From assembly GCA_951406725.2 (NCBI GenBank), contig OX597814.1:45694001-45758000 (forward strand): a stretch of DNA of 64,000 nucleotides, written 5' to 3'. A program made the position numbers and the translations under genes. The DNA is from Octopus vulgaris (Eukaryota). The notes beneath the pieces were generated by a model that saw nothing but the letters and a program-made list of their open reading frames with translations, did no database searches and was not told the DNA's origin. Below are positions 11,756-25,200 of this stretch, one piece after another (within the stretch, counting starts at the first letter, position 1; each line of letters opens with the position of its first letter).

Positions 11756-13713
11756 ATTAACATTTTTCATTGCGATATCTCTATCAATATAAAGTTACTT
11801 TGAATTCAAATACATTTATTATTATGATAAACTTAGTGATCTATTTAAGACTGAGAAAAATAATGATTAATCACAATATTTACACAGGAAAGATGATTAG
11901 ATAAACTCAGTATATTCTTGTTATTTTATTGACCTAAAAGAGACGAGCAAAGTTGGCTCTGCAAATCAGAAGAATAAGGCACCAAATGAAATACTATAAC
12001 ATAACTGGAAGTGCTTTAGTATTAGCCCTCATACACTTAACTAGAGAATTAGAGCAATAATGTCAGTAAAAGTATTTTCTGCATTATTTATCCAGTTAGT
12101 ATATACTGTCATTTAAACATATGGTATTTATTTTAGAAAGCATATGGCATTTATGCTCAGGTCATACTTTATAAGAATATTCAGCACATTCTATTTCAGA
12201 AGTTACAGAATTCATATTGGTAGTAAGAGTTTAAATTTCATAACTAGATAATATCAAATAAAATCTAGTATTTCGACCATTATGGTTTCTATTTCATTAA
12301 CTTGCTAATTCAGCTAGGCTAATATCTATCACTACAAATAAGTAGAATATCTCGAAATAGCACTTTATGACAACCCTCATTTTATTTTTACTTAAATGGT
12401 TTCAAAAACAAAGTGAACTTGCACATCATCTTCCACTCACAGATTAAAGTTCCTAAATACTTTAATGCAGAACTGAGTAGAACATGAGAAAAATAATTAT
12501 GGTTGTTTCGTTTGCTACTTAATTGAATTGTAACTCAGTTGGTAGAGCAGCAAATAGTGTAATTAAATATCAAAAGATATGCCTAGTATAGCAAAGTAAA
12601 TATATTACTTTTTGTATTATGTATCTTTTAATACAAAATATTTAATCTCTCCTAAACTATAAAAAAATAACCAATAATGCCAAAAATATAACTATAACGT
12701 GACTTATCCTAGGGATGTTGCTTTTCAGAATAAATTAGCTCCAATAGTTCAATATTTTTTCATAATCAACCTTTTTATATATAATCTAGTGTAATTTAAA
12801 ACTGAACATCAATAAAATTGTTGTTCAGCATTTTATTTTCAGTTTTATAGTGGAAAACCATCTCTTCCAAGTATTACTGCTTACATTTATGAAAATATTG
12901 AGAAGACATTTATAATGTAATTGAAGAAAGGTATTTTTTTGTTTAGAATAAAAGAATGCAATTGGCTAACAGAAAATGCTCAATTATATCCAAACCAGCT
13001 TTAAAAACTACTTTAAACTTTCTTCTGAACAAAATTCTAAATAATCTGATTTATTTAAAACCAGTAGTCAATATCTCGTATTGCTCAAGTTAGCGATATT
13101 ATGAGAAATTAATATAAAATTTAATAACTAAAACTAAATACTTTTAAATAACAATTCTAATGAATGAAGCAGGAACTAGTTTTTATAATACAAATGAGTG
13201 CAGCAGGAATGATTTCAAATGTGTATAACATCCCACAATTAGCTGCATTTTCTAACATATATAGGCAGCTCAGATTAAATATATATATATAAAAAAAAAA
13301 AGAGAGTGAAATGATTATTTTACATTCAGTGTCAAATAACACTCAATTTCAGATGTAAGTGAGCTGTGAAAGTGAACTTCAACATAAACCACTTTTTAAT
13401 AACCTTGTATAAACATACAAATAGTGAGTGACTAACATACCAAATCACATTAGATTATTAGATTTATATATTATCACGAACACTGAGATAAAATGTGCCA
13501 GTGAACATAAAAGTTGCATTTAGAAACTAAAGCACGCCTAATGCTATTGCAATAGCAACAACTAAAACACATACGTTGCGATACTATATTAGATACAGAC
13601 ATAAAGGGAAAAAGAAGAGTTTGGGTAAAGAACAACAGGCAAATGGAGACACTATAAGACATGAAAAAAAAAAAAAAAAAAAACAGAAAGCAGAAAATAA
13701 TTTAATTACATAC

Positions 13714-13743
13714 CTTGAAGAATTTACCGCCTTTTAAGTCTTT
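13714..13743 (-). CDS. Candidate 30-nt alternative microexon of septin-7 (KDLKGGKFFK)
   Basis: TATTTTATTTTCAACCTTTCAG acceptor, AAG|GTATGT donor, 10 open codons. Phase 0-0 matches the host intron. Confidence 0.6.
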
Positions 13744-16019
13744 CTGAAAGGTTGAAAATAAAATAGTGTGCAAGATCCAACTTAGCAGACAGCTAATTCT
13801 CCACTTCCCAGATAGGTATGAGATAAGATACTTTTAGAAATGTGAAAACCAACTTAATATTTGGGAGATTTTTCAACTTCTATAAGTTTTTAAGCATATA
13901 GATATTGTTGAATGGAATTACTGCGTATATGTGTATGTCTATGTATACTTGTACACATATGCATGCACACCGATTTAAATAATTAAATGATATTAAAATG
14001 AAACTGTTCCTGAATCGATAAATAATACAATTTTTGTACTTCATCAAGAATAGTATATGAAAACAAAATGTATATTAAGAAATGAAGACAAATGTTTGTT
14101 AAATAACAGTGAAATGCAACTTTTCTGTCATAATAATAAATAGAGATGAAACCCAAGTATCGCACAAAAGTAAGATTTTATAATACAATTAGTATGAGAA
14201 CCTCAATAAAAAATCAAGCTAAATAGTAAGATTTCTTTAATCATCTACAATCATTGTACATTAATAAAAGTTGTTAGAGTTTTCTTCTAAAAACTAAAGA
14301 AAAAAGAATGACAATTTCCCTATTATACAGAGATATGAACTGATACAGATTAAATTCAAAAGCATCAATGTTTCCAAACATTGCTACATTTTCTTACCCA
14401 ACTTCTATTTATCTAATTATTAATAATAGGTGGACTAGAATACTAATCAAATATAAAGAACTAGTTCAATAACTCAGTCTTGCAACTACCTAACTTGAAA
14501 TTTAATTATAGGCCTATATGTTTAAAATAAATTAATGGTAGAGCAGTTAGAAACAAAAATTATGGACAGTCTTACTTTTGACACTATTTCTATAAGTGAA
14601 ATTTTTTCAAATTGCCTTTTGGCAATACATATTCTGTGGTTAGGCTTGAACTTAATATATTAATTTTAAACTATAGCCACAAGGTCCTGAATAAAAGCTT
14701 CCGAATGGCTAAGAGTATATAAAGTGTGCTTAAAATAAAAGTTATAGAAATATGGCGTGAAGACAATCAGTTTGATCATTCAAAAGGAAAAGGTAAAAGA
14801 AAATCCAAAAAAAAAAGAAAACAAACTAAAAAACAAAAAACCACAACAAACTTAAACTAAATTTAAATGAATCTAAGATAACTGAAAATATAGTAAAACA
14901 ATATTTAAAAAAAAGTCAACACTAATGGTGGTTTTTAGCAGTGTTAGTGTAAAAATGTTTAATAATACACCAACATCATTTCAATAACAGCAAATGAGTT
15001 ATAGTAAGGCAGAAAGTTATAAGGCAGAAAGCTATTATATTAATGTTATTAGTACAAATAGCAAAGCAGGATGATAATTTAAAAGTTGGCAAAATTTGAA
15101 GTAATATACTAGAGTAGCATATATTAAAAACCCATTAAATCAATTAAGCTAATGAAGGGGGAAAAAAAAAGTTTGGTTGCTAAATATTTGCCACAAAATA
15201 CTAAGCATTCAGTAATGCTACTTCAGGCAAAGTTTTAAAACAGGGACATAATTTTGTTAAACTAATGACTTGGATAAATTTCCCCCAGTTTCATCACTAA
15301 ATATTTTGAAGTATCTTAGTAAATATTAGCTAGTACATTGTGGAAGAGTCATAGCTTATTATGAATGCAAAAATCTATATTTAAACATTTTACATTTCTT
15401 TTTTAAAACTACAGTTTATTCTGAAATGTCAACAATTTCTGTTACCCTTCTATGACTTGGTCATTGTTACAATTTCAGTGCACAATTGTATCAGGAAGTA
15501 GGCCAGAGAAGTGCAGTGTTGAGACTTCAAAACAGACTGTGGTATGAAAGAATGTGAAAGTGAATATAGCTCTGCAAAAATGTAGCTGTTTCAGTTTCAA
15601 CATAAGTATGACTCTGGAATTAATAAACTTTATAATTCACTCACATAAATTAAAATGAGGATAAAAGTAGTACCATATTAGACAATCCTAGGCAATTTGA
15701 TATGCAATTGGTTTTAGATAATTAAAAGAATAAATAACCAAAATAAAGCTAAATATAAAAATATTGAAGTATGTAGGGTGGCAGAATTTTGAAATAGTCC
15801 CCAAAATTCCACCTGCAATACAAAACCTGCAAAACATAACTTTGGTAGATTTTTTTCAATAAAATATATGAACAACTTTATAAACTATATGTAAAAAATA
15901 CTCTCATATTCAAATAAGTACTTTTATGACATGGAGGTGGGGAGCAAAATAAATCACCACAAACATCTAAACAAAGAAAACAATTATTAACAAAGAAATA
16001 AGGTGTAGAATAAACAAAC

Positions 16020-16115
16020 CTTTAGTAATTTCTTCTGCAGTTTGTTTTCCTCTTCATCATCACATTCAGGAAACTCATAGATTTTGATTTTATGCTGCGC
16101 TATTTCATTTAAAAT
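16020..16115 (-). CDS. SEPT7: Septin-7 exon ([32 protein letters not shown])
   Basis: 96 nt, phase 0-0, TTCAG acceptor, AAG|GTTTGT donor. Encodes the polyacidic stretch and following helix. Confidence 0.94.
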
Positions 16116-18325
16116 CTGAATAAAATAGTCAGAGGAGATCATGGAATGGAGACAATGAATATATTCTTTGACATTATAATTTCATTCATTCTATAAATGT
16201 ACACAATACAGCTAACATTATAGAATTATTATATTTAATAAAAGATGGTGTCTTCTCTCTCTCACTCACTCACTCAAAAAGTGTGACAACAGATAAACAT
16301 CCTCTGAATAAATATATGAATTGAATAATAAAGAGTGAAGATTCTATCCATTTTCCTATGCATGCATTTGAAATCATCAGGTGTTTTTTTTCATATTCAC
16401 AAAGGCTTTTGTTTCAAGCAACACTTTATGACTAATAAACAATATGATCTCGTCAATTTTCAAAACTTTTTTTTCATCTCCAACAACAATAGTTACTTAT
16501 GATTCATAAACATCCAATACCCAGGTTAATTATATTACATACTCAATTTCTCATCTTAAGCTACATATTTTGACTTAAAATGCTTACAAATACCAAAGTT
16601 TTTGTTACTCAATTTTGGAACTGCTTTGTTAGATTATCTGCATATAAATTATCATCCATTGTTTTTTTTAATTTTTTTCCCCCCCAGAAAAAAAAAAAAG
16701 AGAATTATCCCCCTTGTTTTAGGGGAGAGAGAGATACAATCTTCAAGTTGCAATTTTATCTTGTATGAATAATGTTAGCTTAATTCAGTTTAAACATATT
16801 AACTCTTGCAATCCTAAAATGCATAAAACTGCAACCAATCACTTTTCTGCATGAGGGACAAAGTTTAGCTTCATTCTGAATTCTATACAGAATTTCTTGT
16901 CACATGGTTTCCTGTTCACATCTAACCAAGTGAATTTCTCTGGATTTTGCTTCCTTCAATTTATGAACATAATGGCAATTAATACCTCAAGTGAATTAGA
17001 ATTCAATGACATTATCCATTAATAATTTAATTAGAGAAAGACAGCTTAGACATGGACACAAAGAATTAGAATGATATTTCAGTTTCATCTATAAACACCA
17101 AAGACTTTGGAATTTACTGATTCTGAGCAGTAGTGCAGTTACCACATAACTGATATGGCTTCAATAATTTTCTTAATAGATAGTAATATTTAAAAAAAAA
17201 TGTACTGATATATTTTAAATGTGCAGCTTCTGTACTTATGAAGAGAACATAATTATTGTAATAAAAGTGAACAACATTCATTTGTTGAGCCTTACAACAT
17301 CACTGAATGGAGGAAATGAAGACATAGCTTGGAATCCTTTTTTGAATGTGTAGCTTCAAAGTTACAAAGACTAGCTGGAACACAATTTCAGCTCTATAAC
17401 AGGAAACCAATGCTCAGGATATCAATATCTTGTAACTATATGTGAAAACACCTATGTGTAATCAACTTAACTGTATTCAACCTATCTTGGCAGGTGACAG
17501 TGACATGACTAAGTAAAAACCACATTCACAATGCACACTAATTAATGGTTGTTATAATGTATCAGTAAAGTCATCCAAATTCATGCCATTGTCATATTTT
17601 TATGATTTTTAAACTGAACTAATTGCATTTCATCAAAATCTCTAATTTCTAAGATTGGGAGATTTAGAGACAGAAAGCACTATAGGGTTTTAAGAGTTAA
17701 CATTCAGCTTAGCATTATATAAAATATTCAAATTATTACTTTTAAGATAACATTTTAATGCTAAAATCATCATAGTTAATGAGCACTTTGCACACTTAGA
17801 TTGCTCCTATTTGATAAGGACAAAAACTATAGAGTTTGGTGCCTTTTGCTCTTTTTATTAGTCTACTTGACTTGGAAGAGGTTACTTCATTATAATAGTG
17901 GTCTAAGCAGGATTTTGAACTTAGAGCATGCTGAACTGAAATAGATACTCCAAAGCATCCCACTCAACATTCTAATGAATCTGACAGTCTGTAACTCTGG
18001 AATGGTATTTTATTTAACCCTGGAAGGATGAAAGGCAAAACTGATCTCAGCAGGATTTGAATTCAGAGTGTGGAAATCTAGAATAATTTCAACAGATATG
18101 AAGAGGCTATTTATTTCTAAAGTATTTCAATATTTATAATGAATTACAAATATACATAGCTCCACATAATATTGTCCAACAACATAGTAAAATCAAATTT
18201 AGGTTTTTTTATTGTTATTCAGGTGTTTTCTGGGGTTTTAGAATAGATACATCATATCCAGTTATAAAACACTTTCATCCAACCCATATCAGGATGGAAA
18301 ATAGTAATAAATGCAAAAAACTTAC

Positions 18326-18443
18326 AGTTTTCTTGAAATCTCTGCATTCATCTGGTGTCAGTGTGTCAGCTTTGGCAACGAGTGGAATAATATTTACTTT
18401 ATCATGGAGACGTTTCATGAATTCAACATCAAGTGGTTTCAGT
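18326..18443 (-). CDS. SEPT7: Septin-7 exon with G4 motif ([39 protein letters not shown])
   Basis: 118 nt, TTCAG acceptor, GTAAGT donor, AKAD motif. Confidence 0.96.
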
Positions 18444-18559
18444 CTGAAGGAGTTAGAGAAACAATTATCTTATTACAGATGAGCTTTCTTCTTTGTGACA
18501 AATATTTAGTAATGTTATGTTATATATTATCAATTTAAACTGTTGAAATTATTACTCAC

Positions 18560-18694
18560 CCATGACCTGTGGGAGCAATGAAATATAAGCAACAATGGAC
18601 TCTGTTGTCAGGCATAATGGTTCGGTTAACCCTGGATTCTGAGTTGAGATATTCCTCATATTTAGTGTCAATGAAATCAATTACAGGCTGCCAA
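18560..18694 (-). CDS. SEPT7: Septin-7 exon ([45 protein letters not shown])
   Basis: 135 nt, AG acceptor, GTGAGT donor, septin [11 protein letters not shown] motif. Confidence 0.96.
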
Positions 18695-19738
18695 CTTTTG
18701 AAGAATTTGAAAAAAAAAATAAAATTTTGTATTAAAAAATGTAAAAAGACAAAACTAGAAACTAAACTAAAGCTTTCTATAATAACCTGTTACACAGATT
18801 TGGAAAGCAGGGAAATAACATTGTGTTGTGCAATACACACTTTTTAGTGTTAGCAATTCAAGTGGAAAGAGAATTAAAAACCCACATTAAACTCTTTCTT
18901 TCTTAGAACCATTTCCATTTATTCAGATGGCAAACTGGCAAAATTGTTAGCATGCCAGACAAAATGCTTAGTGTATATCCTGAGTTCAAATTCTGCCAAG
19001 GTGAACCTTGCATTTCATCCTTCTAGGATTAATAAAATAAATACCAGTCAAGTACAGGGGTTGATGTTATGAACTTTTACCTTCCCACAAAAACCGCTGG
19101 CTCTGCGCCAAAATTTGAAATCAATTATTTTTCAATTTGTTAGCCACTTTCCAAACACCAGCTTAATTCTGAAAACATGATGCATTTTACTAAATCTCAT
19201 AAAATTCTTGAAACAGAGAGTTTGTCAGTATAAAATTAATTGAAACAGAGCATTTCACTGGGAGTATAGCAACAAAAGTTAGAATTACTTAAGTTATTTT
19301 TCTTATGATACAATAGCATGGATACATTGTCGTCAATAACATTCTAAAGTCTATTTTTTCATTGTCATGAACTATGGAAAGGTTTGCTATATAGCATATC
19401 TCCACTTAACTCAAACTTTTATGAAGACCAGCATCTTGAGATCTGACCACACTACTCCTTCCTATATTTCCCTTTTCCAATGGTACTTTCTACTAAGAGT
19501 ACAAGTCCTGTGTGCATTTGCATTATATGTTTATTTATTCTTTAAGGTTATTTGTGCTTCACCTTTTATGTAAGCTAGCATCACATATCTAACAGGTCAT
19601 GATTACATCATTAATCTCCAAATCCTCTCTAGTCAATGATCCTATCTCAACTGCTGTATCACACTTCTTACACATGTTTCATAGAGTCTTGCCAAAATAT
19701 TCAAAGTTTTTCAAATACAAAATGGAATAGATTCATAC

Positions 19739-19839
19739 CAATTGCTGTTGTCAACGGCATCTCCAAAACCTGGTGTGTCAACAACAGTTAAACGCAATGA
19801 AACACCATTTTCTTTAAGGAGTACTTGAGTTGTGTCAAC
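19739..19839 (-). CDS. SEPT7: Septin-7 exon with G3 motif ([34 protein letters not shown])
   Basis: 101 nt, TTTACAG acceptor, GTATGA donor, DTPGFGD motif. Confidence 0.96.
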
Positions 19840-20177
19840 CTGTAAAGAAAAAAAAAATGAAAAATATGATCTTCTGAAAGCAAAGTTTAGTTTATAAAAA
19901 TACTGATAAAAAAGCCCAGGTATTTCAATGGAGTATATATAAAATTGCAATCATGAATGAAAGTATTATCTATAATAGTTGCAGTTGAAATAATGGCATC
20001 AGTTAACCAACTTGTCCTGTCAACAGTAAGTAATTCCTCAAACCAGCAGAAGTACTGTACTGCAGAAATGAATATTCTTAATCTTAATTAGTAATTTCTT
20101 TTTAATTTAAGATTATATATATGTTTTTATATTTTTGGCATTAGGAAAGGCATCTAGCTGTAGAAATCATGCCAAAC

Positions 20178-20526
20178 AAGTAAAGGGTAAAAAGGGTAAA
20201 GACCCCCTTCGGTCATGAATGACCATGGGATTGCACCTAGAAAGTTACCCTCCTAGACACAAATCCGGGCAAGGTTGTTTATGGAAGACCAGCAGTCGCC
20301 CATGCATACCAGCCTCCCCTCTCCACGCCACCAGTGTTAACCAAGGGAAAGACAAAGGTCGATACAGCTTGGCACCAGTGACGTTGCAACTCATTTCTAC
20401 AGCTGAGTGAACTGGAGCAACGTGAAATAAAGTGCCTTGCTCAAGAACACAACACCCAGCCCGGTCCGGGATTCGAGCTCACAACCTCATGATCGTAAGC
20501 TCGACGCTCTAACCACTGAGCCATGT
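20178..20526 (-). mobile_element. tRNA-derived SINE with a CORE-like central domain, nested in an older RTE-tail element (about 20137-20600)
   Basis: Head TGGCTCAGTGG...CTCGAATCCC, then CTTGAGCAAGGCACTT...CTGTAGAAATG resembling the CORE domain, and a TTTACCC-type tail. The flanks match the two halves of the RTE 3' end. Confidence 0.85.
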
Positions 20527-23500
20527 GTTCCATGGACCCATTCATTCCTGTCAAACATCTAATTTATGCTAGCATGGAACACAGATATTATATGATGATG
20601 ATTTTATAGAACTTAAAATATTTTATTTGGACGCTGTCAATATGAAACTAGATTCTGGGTATTTGTAAAGCTTAGAGAGGATTAGACACTATAAAGATGA
20701 AAGTGTTGAGTAGTTCCTCAGTGGCCTATAGCACATTCTATAACTTTACTTACACTTAAATTATTACTGACAGATAGAAAGTTACTAAAACTTTGGTGAA
20801 TTTAATGATTTTTGTACAAATTATTATAACAAATGTTTTTTTTTTTTTTTTGATGAATGTCAGAACAAGAGTAATACATTATTTTCAGTTCAGAAGGTTG
20901 AAACAGCTACAGTAGTATTGTAAACATAATTGAAAATGCATTTGTGAGTACATGTGCCATATTTTACTCATTTAGACAACGGACTTTTCTATTGCATAAT
21001 ATAAATTTCTTCAATGATGGAATATAACATAATTAAAAAAATTTGATTATAAATTCTTTGTGCTACTATCAAACATTGGCTTTATTTTTAGTACATAAGT
21101 ATGCTTGTGTGTGCATGTATAACACACACAAACATATACAGATCAATAAAGAAAAAATCAGCAGCCACTCCAAAACAGATTAGATGAATATTATACAGGA
21201 TTGCAATGTGAAGAATGCAAAGCTTTTGTAAAATGCTGCTACTAGAGGTAACTGAGTGCCATTTCTCCACTTAAATACCATTAAAGGGGGCTCATTTGCT
21301 GACATTATACCAAAATAGAAAAATTCATTTTTGAATAGAATAAATATTCTGAGAAAGTTGAACATTGTGAAAAGTTGAAAATATGGAGCAAAATTAAAAA
21401 GGAATTAATAAGTATTATTTATAACATTGGAATGACATTTCAAATCTTAGGATGAGTAAAAATGTTAAGCTGTCACATGGATATCTTTCCCAAGTGTATT
21501 AGTAAAGAAAAACAGAATTTATCACAATCTACTCCAGCAATACTAATAGCAAAAAAGCTAAGTTGATTATTAAAATTTTTGTCAGGAAGGAAAAGATAAA
21601 ATTACAAGTGTAATATATTTAGGGTGAGGCCACAACAGTGTAACTTAAAGTTATCATGTGTATCTTATGAAAATGGAGTAATTACTAATAACAATGGCTG
21701 TTTGTTGAAGGCCAGCGCTATAAGCTACACATTGTAAAATGCTTTTCCCAACACTGTGACACACTTTAGCCACATTTATGTCTTAGTTTAATTCAAACAT
21801 ATTCCACAGTTTAGACAGCTTTTCACCAAAAATTTTATCAAAATTGTACACAGATGATTCATATCTTAATTGTTAATTATTATTCATTTTTAAAATCGTA
21901 CTTTATGAAATCCTTAAAAATTAATAAGGAGCTGAAATTACCAGCACCATCCACTTATTACTAACACAGATTCTTTTTCACCATATTTTTTCTATCTTGA
22001 AGAGAAGTAGGGGGTGGTTTGAGAAGATTTGGTAGCTAAATTCTAGCAGGCTGAGAGACTTCCTATTCTAACTATTACTGACAGTAGCAAACCTTTTGAT
22101 ATCATTCAGCCCTGCCCACTTGTACTCTGTTGAATAGTAAACACTGCCTTAAAAACAACACAAAATGCTGGCTGATGAGCTGTTATTGTTAATGACACTA
22201 GGCCTATGTAAGGTACAGAAGCAACATATATAGAATCCTGGAATCTGTAACCCTTTTTAAGCAGAATACTGCAAAGATCTTTCTCATCTCATAATAATAA
22301 TAATATATATGCACAACCTCATAAGTAGATGACAATACTATAGTCTTTTCACCACACTTAGACACAGCTTTATAACTGCTCAAACCCATATTTCAGTCAA
22401 AGATGAAAGTATTATCTATAAAATCCCATCATCTTTCTTTTAAATGAAGACAAAGTGATGCACAAATATTTATTACTAGGAAACAACATTTCTACAATCT
22501 GCAGCATGCCTTAAAAATTTCTAGAGATTAAGAAACCCCCCCAAAACTCTGAATTAGTGAATCTCATAAATGTATTTTAGAATGACTTGAAAAGAGATTA
22601 ATCCTTAGTTGTGCATCACAACTTCACAATTGTGTCTGTTTGGAGAAATGGAAACAGATCTTAAAAAGTATGTGTATCAAGAAATCCAAAGGGTGAAGGA
22701 AGAGGCTTGCATGCACAAAGCCAGGATTACAAAACTTCCCCAACAACCATATGGTACAAGAATGGGGTCTGAATTACAAGATATTGTAGGAAGTTTGTAT
22801 GACATTCAAAATGCTGTTCCACAGAATATTTTCAAAACACCCAATAAATTGATGTCGTATATTTTGATGCAATTGAAAAGATCCCAGATGGATAGCCATC
22901 ACCACAAAAAAGAAGGGAAAAGAACAAAAACAAAATAAAACCATATTTAATTCATCAAAACAGCTCATCCATTATTTAATGCAATTAATTAACCTATATT
23001 CATTTAAATAATTGTTTAAGCCTTGTGTCATAAAATTCTTTGCTCTGAAAATTTTCAAATTAAGAATATATATTTCTTTTAATTCATGAAATCAACTGCT
23101 TATATTTTTATAGTGCTTTATTATTTAGATGTTGTTCATCAGAGTAGTTCATTCAAACTGGTAGGGATGAAACTAATATTTATTGTTCAGTAGAACTGTC
23201 CTACTATACAGACAAGTCTCATATTAGACTAACAGTTCCTCTTGTAAAAAAAAAAAATATTTAATAAATACCAAATGCAATAGAAAAAAATGCTATTTTT
23301 GTCTTTTATTAATCAGATTATTTTATGACAAACACGTCCTGCAAACTTGGATATTGTACATTTGATACATATGACTATTATCATGGCTGTGCACACACAC
23401 AAATTCTTTTTCAATCTTGGCCCAAAACACAAGCCTTTTCCAGCTGCCCATATCCTTTCTTAGTCATTTCCTCTTATGCCCTCACCTCTCATGTCAATCC

Positions 23501-25103
23501 TACTACATTTTACCCTGCCTGCTTCAGTTTAAGCTACCATTAACAACAGCAAACAGTGTCTACAGTTTTAAAAATAATCTTACTATGTAAACTAAACATT
23601 GAGCCAAGGTTGATTCCAAATGAATTCATTGCTTTTTGTTTTTAGTATTTCTGGGACAATGTTTAAGAAAAATTTTGTTTGTTGAAAAAGACATTTTTTC
23701 TTCTTTAATTAATTTTACCCTTCCTAAGGAAATTATAATAAAACATTAAATTTGACGAGGAGAGAAAAAAATGCTGAGAGAGAGAGACTTGAAAGTAAAT
23801 GGTTATAAGAAATGATGGTGGGGTAAAGAGGAAGAGGAAGAATAGGAAAAAAGAGAGATTCAAGGAGAGACTAAGATAAAGAGAGAGAGAGACTGACTGG
23901 GAGAAAAGGGATGAGGATTGAGAGAGCTAGTTGGGCAAAGAGAAAGTGGCAAGCTTAAAAAGGAGGTGAGTTTGGTAAGAATGGAAAAGAGAAGAGGAAT
24001 GGGATCATTGAGATGATTAGAGTGGTCCTTGAGATATGTAATTCCCTCTGTAATAATATATTGGCATTTGTCTAGAAATCATAACCTTGACCTGAATGTT
24101 ATTCTTGTTAATCATTATTATTATTATCGTTTTAAAGACATATGAGAATAAAGAATACATATCCACAGCCTAATTTTAAATAAAAAAAATGAAAGTTAAT
24201 TAAATGCCTTAACATTTCTCATGTAATAATTATTTAGATCAAAGTTATTTTCCACCATAACAGCTAAGAAATTAAATAGACTTTACATCATCATTTTCAT
24301 GTTCAGCTGGCACAGATCATATGATCCTGTTTGATCATCTATTGCCTTTTGTTGATGGTCTATAGAAAGTCCAGCCTCTCACACTCCTCTACCCTTTTGG
24401 TTACATATTTTCAATGTATTTCAGTTTGTTTCATGTAAGCATACTTGCAATTCAGAATTCTTCCTAGTTTCACCCAAGCTAAATGTATTGCTTAAATTCT
24501 CACCAATATGACATCATACTGAATATTCAAATATTAATATGATTACATCATATATTTTGCTTCTTTACTATTTGCACCAGAGTACTCACACTGTTAATAT
24601 GTATGTCATACATAAATGTACTGAAACTGATAATGAAATATAGTTAAAATATAAAATATTAAGTTTATTTTTAAATACTGATATTTACATACTGTGGTAT
24701 TCATAGCTTTGAATATTTCTTTTTCAAGTGTTTATATTCCATTCCTTCCAGTATGCATGCTAACACAATTTCATGAAAAAATAGTCTTTCTTTTTTTTGG
24801 GAAAGTAAAATTTTTCATAAATTTATGTAGATGTGATTGATGGGTGTGTTGTGTGTATGTTATCATCATCATACCCATGCTTGCATGAATCAGATAAGAT
24901 TTGTTGAGGCAGAAATTTTTATGGCTGGATGCTCTTCTTGACGTCAACCTTCATTTGTTTCCAAGCATGCATGCATACACACTTGTATGCACAAGCAATA
25001 TCACTTATACAAATGGCATCTTAGCTAGAGATACATGCACTTCAGTGCATGTGCATATATGCATGTGAACAAAAGTGATCTATCACTATCTAACTAGCTA
25101 GCT

Positions 25104-25106
<3 letters not shown>

Positions 25107-25139
<33 letters not shown>

Positions 25140-25200
25140 AAAGAGAGAGAGAGAGAGATGGCAGTGATGTGAGAGAAGTAGATAGAATGATAGATAGATA
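25107..25200. repeat. Compound microsatellite (GT)n(GA)n plus (GATA)n
   Basis: Seen directly in the sequence. Confidence 0.9.

Noticed and set aside
14398-14412. Another possible 15-nt microexon (donor TGG|GTAAGA)
   Set aside because: The acceptor has no polypyrimidine tract, so it is likely chance.
18294-18847. Plus-strand ORFs of 62-92 aa
   Set aside because: They are antisense shadows of septin exons.
22609-22938. 109-aa ORF
   Set aside because: TTG start, no recognisable domain and no splice context. Probably decayed repeat or random sequence.
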